Source: Flectonema sp. DT1601
Taxonomy: Eukaryota
Length of the DNA stretch: 64,000 bases
Direction of reading: 5' to 3'
NCBI GenBank assembly: GCA_964019425.1
Contig: OZ025780.1
Span: 1-64,000, forward strand
Part shown: one piece after another, positions 45,380-57,938 of the stretch
Numbering within the stretch: position 1 is the first letter of the stretch
Layout: the number at the start of each line of letters is the position of its first letter
Notes under the pieces: model-generated
The model's database searches: none
Seen by the model: only the letters and a program-made list of their open reading frames with translations
What the model was told of the DNA's origin: nothing
Translations under genes and position numbers: made by a program

Positions 45380-48300
45380 ATAGTTACAGCAAGTGATGTG
45401 GGGATCGAGACGAAAAAGAAACGAACATTGGATCCATCGGAAGCATTCTCGAAATTCCTGATCAAACGCACTGCCCTAAGGGGATCATTTAGTATATCGG
45501 AAACAGTGACATCATCTCCCAGTATAAAGTCAACAATGATGCCTTTGTTGTACCTAACGGTTTTTTTTGTATAAACCTTCTTTGAATTGATTGTAGTGAT
45601 CGGGAGAGGCTATTTTTGAACTACTCATGTTAGTTGCTTTCGACTGCCAAACCAAATTCTCAAACTCTCATTGTGTAAAAAAATGCAATGTTGGTGAGTT
45701 TCGCGAGTTCTTGATGGGACGAATAAATCTCTTTCTAACTTTCACTTCTTCCCCTGCAATGTCTTCTTCGACCCTTATCCGTGCACCAAGAAACACCACA
45801 TCATTACTAGCTAGGGAGTTATCTTTGTAGTCCACTTAGTAATTCCAGCAAGTTCCCGTTGAGCGTGTGCTATTAAATTGGATCGAAAAACTCTACTTCT
45901 GGTGTCTGTTTTTCGCTTCATCAGTTTCTTTGTTCGAAGCTTTGGTTTCCTCATTCAAAGTTTCATAGTACCCGCAACCCATCTAAGGCGGATGTTATGT
46001 AGTTTAACAATCCCATATAAGTACGTACGGCACTGCGCCAGTGATTTTTGGAAATTTGAGTTCCTTATTTGTTTTAGTTAATCCGTTCTTTAGTATGTTC
46101 TCTACTTTTTCGTAATCCTAGTATACTCGAGGGAATCCAAATCAGCCATCGTCTACTTTTTGTTTCCCGTTCTATATTCCGCAGTTCATCTTAAGATAGT
46201 ATTTAAGTAATCCAGTTGCACGTTTACACGACACTGACTGAAGCAATCTTATCGACTTCAAGATGATAATGTCTTACGCATATCATTTTCTTTTATAATA
46301 AGTACTATGTAACTTTTCCACACTACCAATTCTATTTTCCGCCCTTTTATAAGATTTCGAATCCATATTTACACTCCGCGTCAACGCACTTTTTAAACCG
46401 GCAGCCGGGTCGTGGCTTCCCGCCATTACTCGGTAACCACCCCTACGTTATAGCAAGTTTCATATAGTTTTTAATTCATGTACCAAAATTTAACTTACCT
46501 ATCCTATTTTTCTTTTCAGACCACAAAAGACATGGCAGATATAAAAGGTGATTCCCTTCCATTTCATTTTTCAATAGTTTACAGTAGGAAGCTTTACACA
46601 TAACCGCACAGTCATGTCTCGTTTTGTCTACAGGACAACATGTTTTTTTAGTACATTTTGCCAAAGGTGCATCGTTAGATAGGTTTTAATTGTGCCGAGA
46701 GTTCTAATCTCAGCCATCTATTTAAGGTTTTGGTGTTATCTTCTCTTTCACTTTTAGATGCGCCTGACATATATCTGGTGACCTTGTCGGTAAATCCATC
46801 AGCTGCTTCATGAAGTTCTTGTGTCATCTCATGTTGTGAACAGTGAATACGGTAAAGTATTCATAACTTTAACACTTCCCTCAATTGAGTGCTACATTTC
46901 AAAGAAGAACAATGTCCTGCAACATGTTTGGTATTACAATTCTCTTCTTTAGTGGAAGTGCCTGTTCTAGTTCGATCGTGTTCGTGTTAAATACTTTCGA
47001 TCCTAACGTCCTACTGAGGCCATAGGATGTTTTGGTCGGTAAGCCGGATGGCAGTAACTTCTTATGAATACTTGCGTTAAAGTCTATTTTCTTTTCATAA
47101 GGGTGAAGCATCTTCGTACAGAACCAGGGGCAATCTTTCAACCGCTTCTTCTTCCGTTATCTCTTAATTTCAAGAGCCGCTGCGTGCTACTATGATTGCC
47201 TGCATTTTATTATTCTCTTCACTTCGTGGCTCGCAAATCTTCGAATCCAATGAGGGGGTTTGTTAGCATTTTTTTTCTGTCTTCTTTATCATTTCCGTCG
47301 GCTATCATTAACTTCTTTGAATAGTTCTGTTCAAACTTTCGTCTTGCTTTTTTCAATAAAACTCTGCCTTGTTCATCTCTACGTTGGTTCTTCTCCAGGA
47401 TTTTCTAGCCTTTAAATGCAACGGGTGGATGAGTAAAAGAGAAATCAAAACAGATAATCGCCTTTTGTACGAAATCGGAATTAGTAGCTACAAATAAAAA
47501 CACAACACAACACAACTTCACCACAAATCACAACACGAAGAACAAGTTCAGAAAAATCAAGGAAGGCAAAAGAAATAGTTTCACAGAAACATCTGACACA
47601 GACACACGAGCACTCAAACTACACATATGAACACACAACACTCACAAAGGGTAATGAGAACTCGTCAGAGTTTCAACAAACAACGCACAACACATACATG
47701 CATACACACACACCAGGAGGTTTACTGAAGCTTCCTCTCACCTCATCATAAGTTCAGCTCCTGTTTACGAAAAATGACAAATATACAAAATACAAAAGTT
47801 ACAAAATTGCAAACACCCTCTCATGTCACCATCACCGCAAAGCCCTCTCAACGATCCCTCCTTCCATCACACGGCAAGTGGTACCATTTTCCACTTAACT
47901 TACTCTCCCCCCCCCCACTTCCTCTCCACCACATCACTTGTGACATGTCCTTCCTGATAACAAAAAGAAGAAAGAATGATTGCAAACAAACGAACAGAAC
48001 AAACAACAAATTAATAACCTAAAGTCAGCGGCAAAACCTTTCCCCCCCGACCCCGACACGCAAGGTGTATTTGTTTGTGCGTTCAGGGGAATCACCACAC
48101 GGAAGGAATGCCATTCGCTAGACTTTAAAAGAAAGGTACGAAATCAACGAAAAGAAAGTGTTTATAAAAATTATTTAAAAAAAAGAAAATAAAGAAATGT
48201 TGCGCCGGGAAGGTCATTTGGGGAATTGAAATGTGAAAGTGAACTGATTACATTGCAAAACAATCGCGTTATTACAATACAGTACCTATACAAAAGTACA

Positions 48301-48427
48301 ATATTATCATTATCATTGTTAGTTTTATTATTATTATTTCTCACCAGGGGGGCGTGACTCCTGCGTGAAGAAGGAATCACACAACCCCCCACTCCCGAAG
48401 ACTTGTAACTGCCGTGAGGCCGTCATC

Positions 48428-48472
<45 letters not shown>

Positions 48473-49331
48473 GCAGGCACGAAAAAAAAGAAGAAAAATG
48501 ACAAGACAACAACAACAACCCACATGGGTGACGAATGAAAGCAGTACTGATCACAGGATTTTACTTTTTCTAAATCGAAAATGTCACAGAGAGAGAGACG
48601 ATAAGTATATTGCTGCAAAAGATTGAATTTCATTTACCAAAATTAGAGATTTAACCGCACACCACCACCACTACTATCATCATCATCATCATCATGATCT
48701 CAGATGGTGGCTCCTTCCTCAGTAATATGAACACGTCCTGAACATCAAAAACAGTTCACAGAGCAAGAAAACACTGCTTAGCAAAAATACCAATCAAATC
48801 ACAGCAGCAGCAGCTGGCTCACTCGCATACATATTGCCATTCTCTCTCGTGCGTCTCCTCCTCTCTTCATTCACTTCCCCCATTTACCTGCCAACCTCCA
48901 ATCCCGAGTAGCCTCCCACGACAAGTTTTGCCACAAGCGTTGCTATGTTGGGAAACCTAGCTCTCTGTGCGAGAAACCAGGAAATCCGCTGATAACTACA
49001 CTCCGATGACCAACTGAGTGGGCGCTCAACTCGGATCATTGAGGCTGGTTCCGTCTCGGCGAGGAACTGCAGCTGCTGCGTGAGTCGAGTTGGTCAGCTT
49101 TTGCTAAAACTCACCAAGGAACAGGAAGTGAGAATCGAGTTGGTAAATGTTGTTGTTGTTTTTGTTGTGGTAGTTTTTGTTGTGGTAGTTTTTACGGGAT
49201 ACTCGGCAACTGCCGCAAGAGTATCCCTATGATCGAGGAGCAGCACAAACAAAACCAGGGTGAAATTGTTTTTCTTTTTTTCCTCTCTCTCTCTCTCAAT
49301 ACGTAAAAGGTCAGTTTTGTTTTCTTTGCAT

Positions 49332-49372
<41 letters not shown>

Positions 49373-52087
49373 CTCTCGTTCCGTCTCTCTCGCAGTAAAA
49401 ACAAAAAAAAGGGTGAAAATCAGCAAAACTGGTTTTCCTTTTTCCCAGCCTCTCAAAAGACCAGAGCACTTGCCACCGCGAGAGAGTGAGAGAAAAGAGA
49501 AGGGGGAAAAAAAAAAAAAAGGAAGACAGCAGACTGGACCATCACATCCACAACATCAACGAGAACAACATTGGAGCGGGAGGATCGGCAGCGTGTGCCT
49601 TCCCTCCCGCGGAAACAAATAAATAAAGGTATACAAAACAAAGTAAAGAATGGTACACAAAACAAAGTTAAGAAAGGTATAAAAAACAAAGTAAAGAATG
49701 GTACACAAAACAAAGTTAAGAAAGGTATAAAAAACAAAGTAAAGAATGGTACACAAAACAAATAAAGAAAGGTATATAAAATAAAGTTAAGAAAGGTATA
49801 CAAAACAAAGTTAAGAAAGGTATACAATCTCCTCATGGGTGAATGCCAGAGAGAGAGAGAGCCTTTGCAGGTCGTCTCTCCAGACTTGCACTGCCAAGAG
49901 AAAATAAACGTTTTTTCCGCGACTGGTACCGAGGGATGGGATCTTTTTTGTTTTTTAAATTTTTTAAGGTTTTTAAGGTTTTTTTATTTTTATTTTTTGT
50001 TAAATTGAAAAGAAGAAATGAAAAATTGGACACAAAAACTCCACAATCTCAAAGCAAATCAAGAAAATAATAATATTCTCTCTTTTCAGCCTTTTGTTGT
50101 TCGTCGAAGTGAAGAGCCAGAGCATCGGAGTTGCAACTTCCGGGTTCCGGTTTTCCTTCTTTCAGTGCGTTTATTAGTTTTCGTGTGCCAGCAAAAAAAA
50201 AAAAAATAAAATAAAATAAAATCCGACACAATTCTCCAAAAGACCATTCACATCTCGTCCCGTGTTGTTAAAGAAAATTTCTTGTTGTTGGTTATGAGAA
50301 AAATGAAAATGAAAATGAAACGAATGTTTTTTATGTTTTTTATTATTATTTTATTTTTAGTTTCAGAAGTCCAATACAACTGAATACTTCTCAAAAATGA
50401 TTAGTATCCGATTCTTACTTCCTATTTATATATTTATTTATTCATTTATTTAATCTCATCTATCGGCCGAGAGAGTAGTTGTACTCTCTCGCTCGACGAC
50501 AAGCCAACAACAACGACAACGACAACAACTTACTAACCCAGATGTGAATGGCCCGTACTTTCTACTACTACTTGTCGGGGGGAAAAAAAAGAAAAGAAGT
50601 TCGTGTAAAGGAAATTCATCTCACCTACCTTAATTCACAAAAGCAACAATGTAATTGCATTGCAGCTGTCAGAAATGAAGAAGCGGAACTCTCTCTCTCA
50701 CGACAGAGTTAGTTAATTTTCTTCAAAGTTTTATACGGTATTTCTTCACAACAGGAAGGAAAACAGGAAGGATGAATGAAAAAAAAGAAAAGTGTGCGGT
50801 AAATTTTGATTTTTTTTTTTTTTTTTTTTTTTTTTGTTGGTGTCGATCGTTTTGTTTCTTTTTTTTTTTTAAATAAAAATACGCACATATTAATTGGGTT
50901 AAAGTGAAGTTGGTACAAAGGTCGCTTATTTTTTGTTTTTTTGTTTTTTTCCAGCACAAACACAACAATACAAGTCCGCAAACTCGTATTTAAAGAAAGT
51001 GATCTATGTGGGGTCAATGGGGTACAGGGGAAACAACAAAGATAAACATGAATTGGAATAAAGGGGACAAATGAAGAAACCGTCTTCAGGCCAGCATGAC
51101 AAGGACTTGGACTGCGTGGAGCTCACCACTAACTACCAAAGTCCAAACAGCAGTAATGCGGTACATTTACTTTCTTACTACCGGGCACACAGCACACAAC
51201 ACTCTCCGTTCTTCACAGAAAAGTGATCCCCAACACAACACAACACGAAAGTGGTGAAGGACCGCACGAAGAACCGAAGACACGACGACGGCAACACGAC
51301 ACGAAAGGAAAACAAAAAGAAAAAAGAGACTTCAGATCATCAGCCACATGCTGCTGCTACTACTGCCATTCTGTTAGGACATGAAACAGAAGGCATTCAC
51401 AACGCATCACACCGAAAAACAAAAGAATGAGAGAAGAGACATAACACTCGATGATTCCGTCACATGCCGCTGCGGATGCTTCAAATCTGCTCGCACATGA
51501 AACAGAAGGGAAGCACAGACGACATCACACTGAAATAAATGAATGAATGAAAGGAAAGGAAGGAAGGAATAAGACGTAACTCTTTTCTTCAAGTCACATG
51601 CTGCTGAAACTACCATGTGTTCCGGACATGAGAAACAACAGGACTCGCACAGCGCATCACACCAAAAGAAAAAACCAGGCAGTTAATTCTTAAAAAAAAA
51701 AAGGGGAGGGATGAAATATCTACGGCGTGCTGTGAAAAGTGAAGTGACACACAACACGGGAATATGGGAAGGGACGTGAAAGGGAAGAGAAGACATAATA
51801 ATACAAGCCTACAAAGAAACTCGTATTTAAAGAGAGTTTTTAGTTGTGTTTGTGAAAAGTTTTTTTTTATAATTTTTTTTTTTTTTAATTCTTTTTTATT
51901 GATAAATTGAAACGAAGAGAACCAAAACAAAAGAGTGTAAAAAAAAAAGAACGGCGCAACATAAAAGAAAAGCAGTGGAAAAAAAATAGCAACAGAACAA
52001 CAAACGTGGGGGATACAGGAAGACGAGGGAGGGAGCTTTTTTTTTTTTTTTTTTTTGCTTTTAGTTTTTTTTTGCTCGAAGACGTCT

Positions 52088-52942
52088 CTACAACAACAGT
52101 CTTCCACGGAACCTTCTGCAGAAAACTGCAGCCAGCCAGCAGATCAAATTGAAGATCTGGCACAAGGACTGGCGAACGGTTCTTGCAAACAACAGAACGA
52201 AGCTCGTTGCTCGGAACCTGTTGTTGCCACCGTGACCCGGAACTCGGGCGACCTGCTTCTCCCAGAACCACATGAAAGCGGTTGAAAAGAGAACGTAGCC
52301 GCAGAAAATGTTCGTCAGGCGCGGGGCGCAGCCATGGATCTGAGTGAAACAGATCCACACCAAGTCACTACCGTGCAGAACCGCGAAGTAAAGGGCAGAC
52401 AATAACCAATTTTTGAACTTTTCTGCAACAATAGAGAGGTTGTCGTAGCAGTCGATATAAATACTTTCGGCGTGGCAGTAGTAATCATCAACCGCACAGG
52501 TGCAGGTGTAGTCTCCCCTCGAATTCCCTGCAGTGTCTGCGTCAACACACAGCTGGCTGGGGTTGCAGGGGTCGAAGCTGCACTCGTCGACGGTGGTGAA
52601 CGACAGGGCGAAGGAATAGAGCTGCTGTATTCCTTCAACCGAGCTGCCGTGAACGAGCTTCCCGAATTCGATAATTGAATTCTTGACGACACAGTCGTAT
52701 GAATGTAATTCACAACGACATATGACGTCACCGAGGGAAGTTGGGCTCGTGTTCGGGTCGCGGCAGGTTTGCCCAGGTCCGCAAGGATCCTCCAGGCATT
52801 CGTCACGCACAACTTCATCAACCGACACGAAAACCGAAACAGAGCGGCGCACCCCATCTTCTACATCGAAGGCTGTGAAGCACGCAACAGCAAAAAACAC
52901 GGAAAACAAGGAGATGATCCACATGTTCATGTTCATGTTCAT
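52088..52942 (-). CDS. Predicted secreted or membrane protein with two EGF-like domains
   Basis: Signal-like MWIISLFSVFFAVACFTA, followed by DECLEDPCGPGQTCRDPN...VICRC and DECSFDPCNPSQLCVDAD...YTCTC. Confidence 0.7.
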   Translation of the reverse strand: MNMNMNMWIISLFSVFFAVACFTAFDVEDGVRRSVSVFVSVDEVVRDECLEDPCGPGQTCRDPNTSPTSLGDVICRCELHSYDCVVKNSIIEFGKLVHGSSVEGIQQLYSFALSFTTVDECSFDPCNPSQLCVDADTAGNSRGDYTCTCAVDDYYCHAESIYIDCYDNLSIVAEKFKNWLLSALYFAVLHGSDLVWICFTQIHGCAPRLTNIFCGYVLFSTAFMWFWEKQVARVPGHGGNNRFRATSFVLLFARTVRQSLCQIFNLICWLAAVFCRRFRGRLLL

Positions 52943-55076
52943 TTTATTTTATTTTATTTTTTTTTGAATACGTTTATGAAGTATTTCTGAGGGAAACATT
53001 GCGATAATCAATTAATATACTCCTCCCTTTTCCTACTCCCACAGAATAAGAGAAATCGATTACAACGCACCAATGAAGTCAAGTAAAGTGAAGACAGACG
53101 CAACATTCTAAAATGAGAATTGACCAAACAGGTGACGGCATATAAATCAAAACAATTCAATAATTTATTTTCCTCTTCTTAAACATTCCCACCAAACAAC
53201 ACAAGACAACTTCCCCACAAATCACAGCACGAAGAACAAAAAATTCAGAAAAATCAAGGAAGGCAAACGAAATAATAGTTCCACACATTCGACATTCGCA
53301 CCTCCGAAACACGCAACACACACAATCCATAGCAGGAACTCAAATACGAAACACGAACACTCAAACCACACATGCAAATACACTCACACAAAGGGTAAAG
53401 AACTCGTCAGAGTTTCAACAAACAATACACAACACACAACACATACATGCATACACACACACCGAGAGGAGGTTCAGTGAAGCTTCTGCTCACCTCATCA
53501 TAAGTTCAGCTCCTGTTTAAAAAAAAATGAAAATATATACAAAAGTTACAAAATTGCAAACACCCTCTCATGTCACCATCACCGCAAAGCCCTCTCAACG
53601 ATCCCTCCTTCCATCACACGGCAAGTGGTACCATTTTCCACTTAACTTACTCTCCCCCCCCCACTTCCTCTCCACCACATCACTTGTGACATGTCCTTCC
53701 TGATAACAAAAAGAAGAAAGAATGATTGCAAACAAACGAACAGAACAAACAACAAATTAATAACCTAAAGTCAGCGGCAAAACCTTTCCCCCCCCCCCCC
53801 GACCCCGACACGCAAGGCGTATTTGTTTGTGCGTTCAGGGGAATCACCACACGGAAGGAATGCCATTCGCTAGACTTTAAAAGAAAGGTACGAAATCAAC
53901 GAAAAGAAAGTGTTTATAAAAATTATTTAAAAAAAAGAAAATAAAGAAATGTTGCGCCGGGAAGGTCATTTGGGGAATTCAATTGAAATGTGAAAGTGAA
54001 CTGATTACATTGCAAAACAATCGCGTTATTACAATACAGTACCTATACAAAAGTACAATATTATCATTATCATTGTTAGTTTTATTATTATTATTTCTCA
54101 CCAGGGGGGCGTGACTCCTGCGTGAAGAAGGAATCACACAACCCCCCACTCCTGAAGACTTGTAACTGCCGTGAGGCCGTCATCACAACGACAACCACAA
54201 CGACAACGACAACGACGGCAGGCACGAAAAAAAAGAAGAAAAATGACAAGACAACAACAACAACCCACATGGGTGACGAATGAAAGCAGTACTGATCACA
54301 GGATTTTACTTTTTCTAAATCGAAAATGTCAGAGAGAGAGAGACGATAAGTATATTGCTGCAAAAGATTGAATTTCATTTACCAAAATTAGAGATTTAAC
54401 CGCACACCACCACCACTACTATCATCATCATCATGATCATGATCTCAGATGGTGGCTCCTTCCTCAGTAATATGAACACGTCCTGAACATCAAAAACAGT
54501 TCACAGAGCAAGAAAACACTGCTTAGCAAAAATACCAATCAAATCACAGCAGCAGCAGCTGGCTCACTCGCATACATATTGCCATTCTCTCTCGTGCGTC
54601 TCCTCCTCTCTTCATTCACTTCCCCCATTTACCTGCCAACCTCCAATCCCGAGTAGCCTCCCACGACAAGTTTTGCCACAAGCGTTGCTATGTTGGGAAA
54701 CCTAGCTCTCTGTGCGAGAAACCAGGAAATCCGCTGATAACTACACTCCGATGACCAACTGAGTGGGCGCTCAACTCGGATCATTGAGGCTGGTTCCGTC
54801 TCGGCGAGGAACTGCAGCTGCTGCGTGAGTCGAGTTGGTCAGCTTTTGCTAAAACTCACCAAGGAACAGGAAGTGAGAATCGAGTTGGTAAATGTTGTTG
54901 TTGTTTTTGTTGTGGTAGTTTTTGTTGTGGTAGTTTTTACGGGATACTCGGCAACTGCCGCAAGAGTATCCCTATGATCGAGGAGCAGCACAAACAAAAC
55001 CAGGGTGAAATTGTTTTTCTTTTTTTCCTCTCTCTCTCTCTCAATACGTAAAAGGTCAGTTTTGTTTTCTTTGCAT

Positions 55077-55113
<37 letters not shown>

Positions 55114-56765
55114 CTCTCGTTCCGTCACTCTCGCAGTAAAAACAAAAAAAAGGGTGAAAATCAGCAAAACTGGTTTTCCTTTTTCCCAGCCTCTCAAAAG
55201 ACCAGAGCACTTGCCACCGCGAGAGAGTGAGAGAAAAGAGAAGGGGGAAAAAAAAAAAAAAGGAAGACAGCAGACTGGACCATCACATCCACAACATCAA
55301 CGAGAACAACATTGGAGCGGGGGGATCGGCAGCGTGTGCCTTCCCTCCCGCGGAAACAAATAAATAAAGGTATCCAAAACAAAGTAAAGAATGGTACACA
55401 AAACAAAGTTAAGAAAGGTATAAAAAACAAAGTAAAGAATGGTACACAAAACAAATAAAGAAAGGTATATAAAATAAAGTTAAGAAAGGTATACAAAACA
55501 AAGTTAAGAAAAGTATACAATCTCCTCATGGGTGAATGCCAGAGAGAGAGAGAGCCTTTGCAGGTCGTCTCTCCAGACTTGCACTGCCAAGAGAAAATAA
55601 ACGTTTTTTCCGCGACTGGTACCGAGGGATGGGATCTTTTTTGTTTTTTAAATTTTTTAAGGTTTCTAAGGTTTTTTTATTTTTATTTTTTGTTAAATTG
55701 AAAAGAAGAAATGAAAAATTGGACACAAAAACTCCACAATCTCAAAGCAAATCAAGAAAATAATAATATTCTCTCTTTTCAGCCTTTTGTTGTTCGTCGA
55801 AGTGAAGAGCCAGAGCATCGGAGTTGCAACTTCCGGGTTCCGGTTTTCCTTCTTTCAGTGCGTTTATTAGTTTTCGTGTGCCAGCAAAAAAAAAAAAAAA
55901 TAAAATAAAATAAAATCCGACACAATTCTCCAAAAGACCATTCACATCTCGTCCCCGTGTTGTTAAAGAAAATTTCTTGTTGTTGGTTATGAGAAAAATG
56001 AAAATGAAAATGAAAATGTCTATCGGCCGAGAGAGTAGTTGTACTCTCTCGCTCGACGACAAGACAACAACAACGACAACGACAACAGCTTACTAACCCA
56101 GATGTGAATGGCCCGTACTTTCTACTACTACTTGTCGGGGGAAAAAAAAAAAAGAAAAGAGAAGTTCGTGTAAAGGAAATCCATCTCACCTACCTTAATT
56201 CACAAAAGCAGCAATGCAATTGCAGCTGTCAGAAATGAAGAAGCGGCATCTAAAAACTAGAAAACAACTAAAAAAAAAAAAAGACAGAACCATTTTTCTT
56301 TGAACTTCAAACGAAAAAAAAACATGGCTCTCTCTCTCTCTCTCTTTCCCTCTCATGGCAGAGTTAGTTAATTTTCTTCAAAGTTTAATACGGTATTTTT
56401 CTTCATAACAGGAAGGAAAACAAGGAGGAGGATGGATGAAAAAAATGAAAGGAGGAAGAAAAAAAAAAAAATGAAAAGTGTGCGGTACATTCTTTTTGTT
56501 TTGAATTTTTTTTTTTTTTTTTGTTGGAGTCGATCGTTTTTGTTTCTTTTATTTTTTTTTGAATAATTATACGCACATATTAATTGGGTTAAAGGGAAGT
56601 TGGTACAAAGGTCGCTTATTATTATTATTTTTTTTTTTTTTTGGTTTTGGTTTTGGTTTTGGTTTTGGTTTTGGTTTTGGTTTTGGTTTTGGTTTTGGTT
56701 TTGGTTTTGGTTTTGCTTTTTTTTTTGTTGGGCTGCTGTTTTTTTCAAACAACAACAGAATTTAT

Positions 56766-57938
56766 TTAACGACAACAAACATGAAAAACACAAGCAGCAA
56801 ACAGCTGTTGCGCAAGCTGAAACTTCCTTTTTCCTCCGCTACTCATGCCGGCAAACAAACCCAAGAAATTGACAATTTCAAAGGAGAGCAATACCAACAA
56901 CAAAACAATCCAAAGAAGAAAAGAACAGGCATCGGAAAGCGCGGCGACAGCTTCAAACAAATACTTAATGTCAACTTTATTGACTACGGCTGCCGCCTCG
57001 ACTTTCCATCCCCTGAAGATGCGTTCCAAGTGTTTCTTGCTTTGATCAATCCGGTGATTGATGCAAAACAGCTTAACACTCTGGTCAGCAATCTCCGTAC
57101 ATGCAACCACTTTCCCGAACCCCCCGCGAATCACCTCGGACGCAGACTTCAGATCTGCCTCGACCGTGCGATAAGCACCAATGGGTCCAGCAAAAAAAGA
57201 AAGGAAACATGCCTCCAGTTCGGAGCGAACGCTTCTCGAAAACAAGAGAAACCGATCAAACAGAGAAAGTACAGAGAACATGAAGTCAGCCGCTGAACTG
57301 GCTGCTTCATTCACCCAAGCCATTACGAGGTCAGCAAACCTGACACACTCGAGCTCAAGCGCACCCCAGACACCGTGCGTGATGTCGGAGAGTTCCGCTT
57401 CACAAGTGCGCACCACATCGAGAAGCTTCACCCGGGTTATTGCGAACCGGATCCCGAAGCACTTCACGAGTCTATCGGTGGCACCGTGATCGGAGCATTG
57501 GCTGCTCCTCATCAGCTCTTCGACGGCCACTCTGCTCGCGGAACCAAACGCCCTCCTCATCGTGTCACCCACACGGTGCGGAATACTTTTACCAACAGAG
57601 TGCGGCACGTCAGCATGACACGCAGACTCGTTGACGTTGGTGTTGCCGTTGGCGTTGGCGTTGGCGTTGGCTTTGGCGTTGGCGTTGGCGTTGTCGCTGG
57701 AGCTGGAGTTGGCGTCAGTGGCGGTGTTGTTGTCGATAATAGTGGTGTTGTAGTCGATAATAGTGGTGGTGGTGGTGGTGGTGGTGGTGTTCGTCGTCGT
57801 CGTCGTTGTCGCAACAACTTCGGCGGGCTCTTCGAACATTCCCAGCATCAATCCAACTGGAGGCAAGTCAGGCAGACCGCATCCAAAGCAGAACACCGTC
57901 CACCAGAATACTCCCACAAATCCGATGATGGCAAACAT
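56766..57938 (-). CDS. Hypothetical membrane protein (hydrophobic N-terminus, Thr/Asn-rich stalk, C-terminal TM segment), copy 1
   Basis: 390-aa ORF in AT-rich surroundings, conserved in the next unit with only an in-frame indel. Confidence 0.6.
   Translation of the reverse strand: MFAIIGFVGVFWWTVFCFGCGLPDLPPVGLMLGMFEEPAEVVATTTTTTNTTTTTTTTTIIDYNTTIIDNNTATDANSSSSDNANANAKANANANANGNTNVNESACHADVPHSVGKSIPHRVGDTMRRAFGSASRVAVEELMRSSQCSDHGATDRLVKCFGIRFAITRVKLLDVVRTCEAELSDITHGVWGALELECVRFADLVMAWVNEAASSAADFMFSVLSLFDRFLLFSRSVRSELEACFLSFFAGPIGAYRTVEADLKSASEVIRGGFGKVVACTEIADQSVKLFCINHRIDQSKKHLERIFRGWKVEAAAVVNKVDIKYLFEAVAALSDACSFLLWIVLLLVLLSFEIVNFLGLFAGMSSGGKRKFQLAQQLFAACVFHVCCR

Noticed and set aside
48975..49000. 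GAAAC...CTGATAA as a hammerhead ribozyme core
   Set aside because: The core deviates from CUGANGA, and I could not build the three required stems.
56643..56713. (GGTTTT)n tract as a telomere seed
   Set aside because: A simple microsatellite that is much shorter in the sister unit (about 62338) and unrelated to the octamer.
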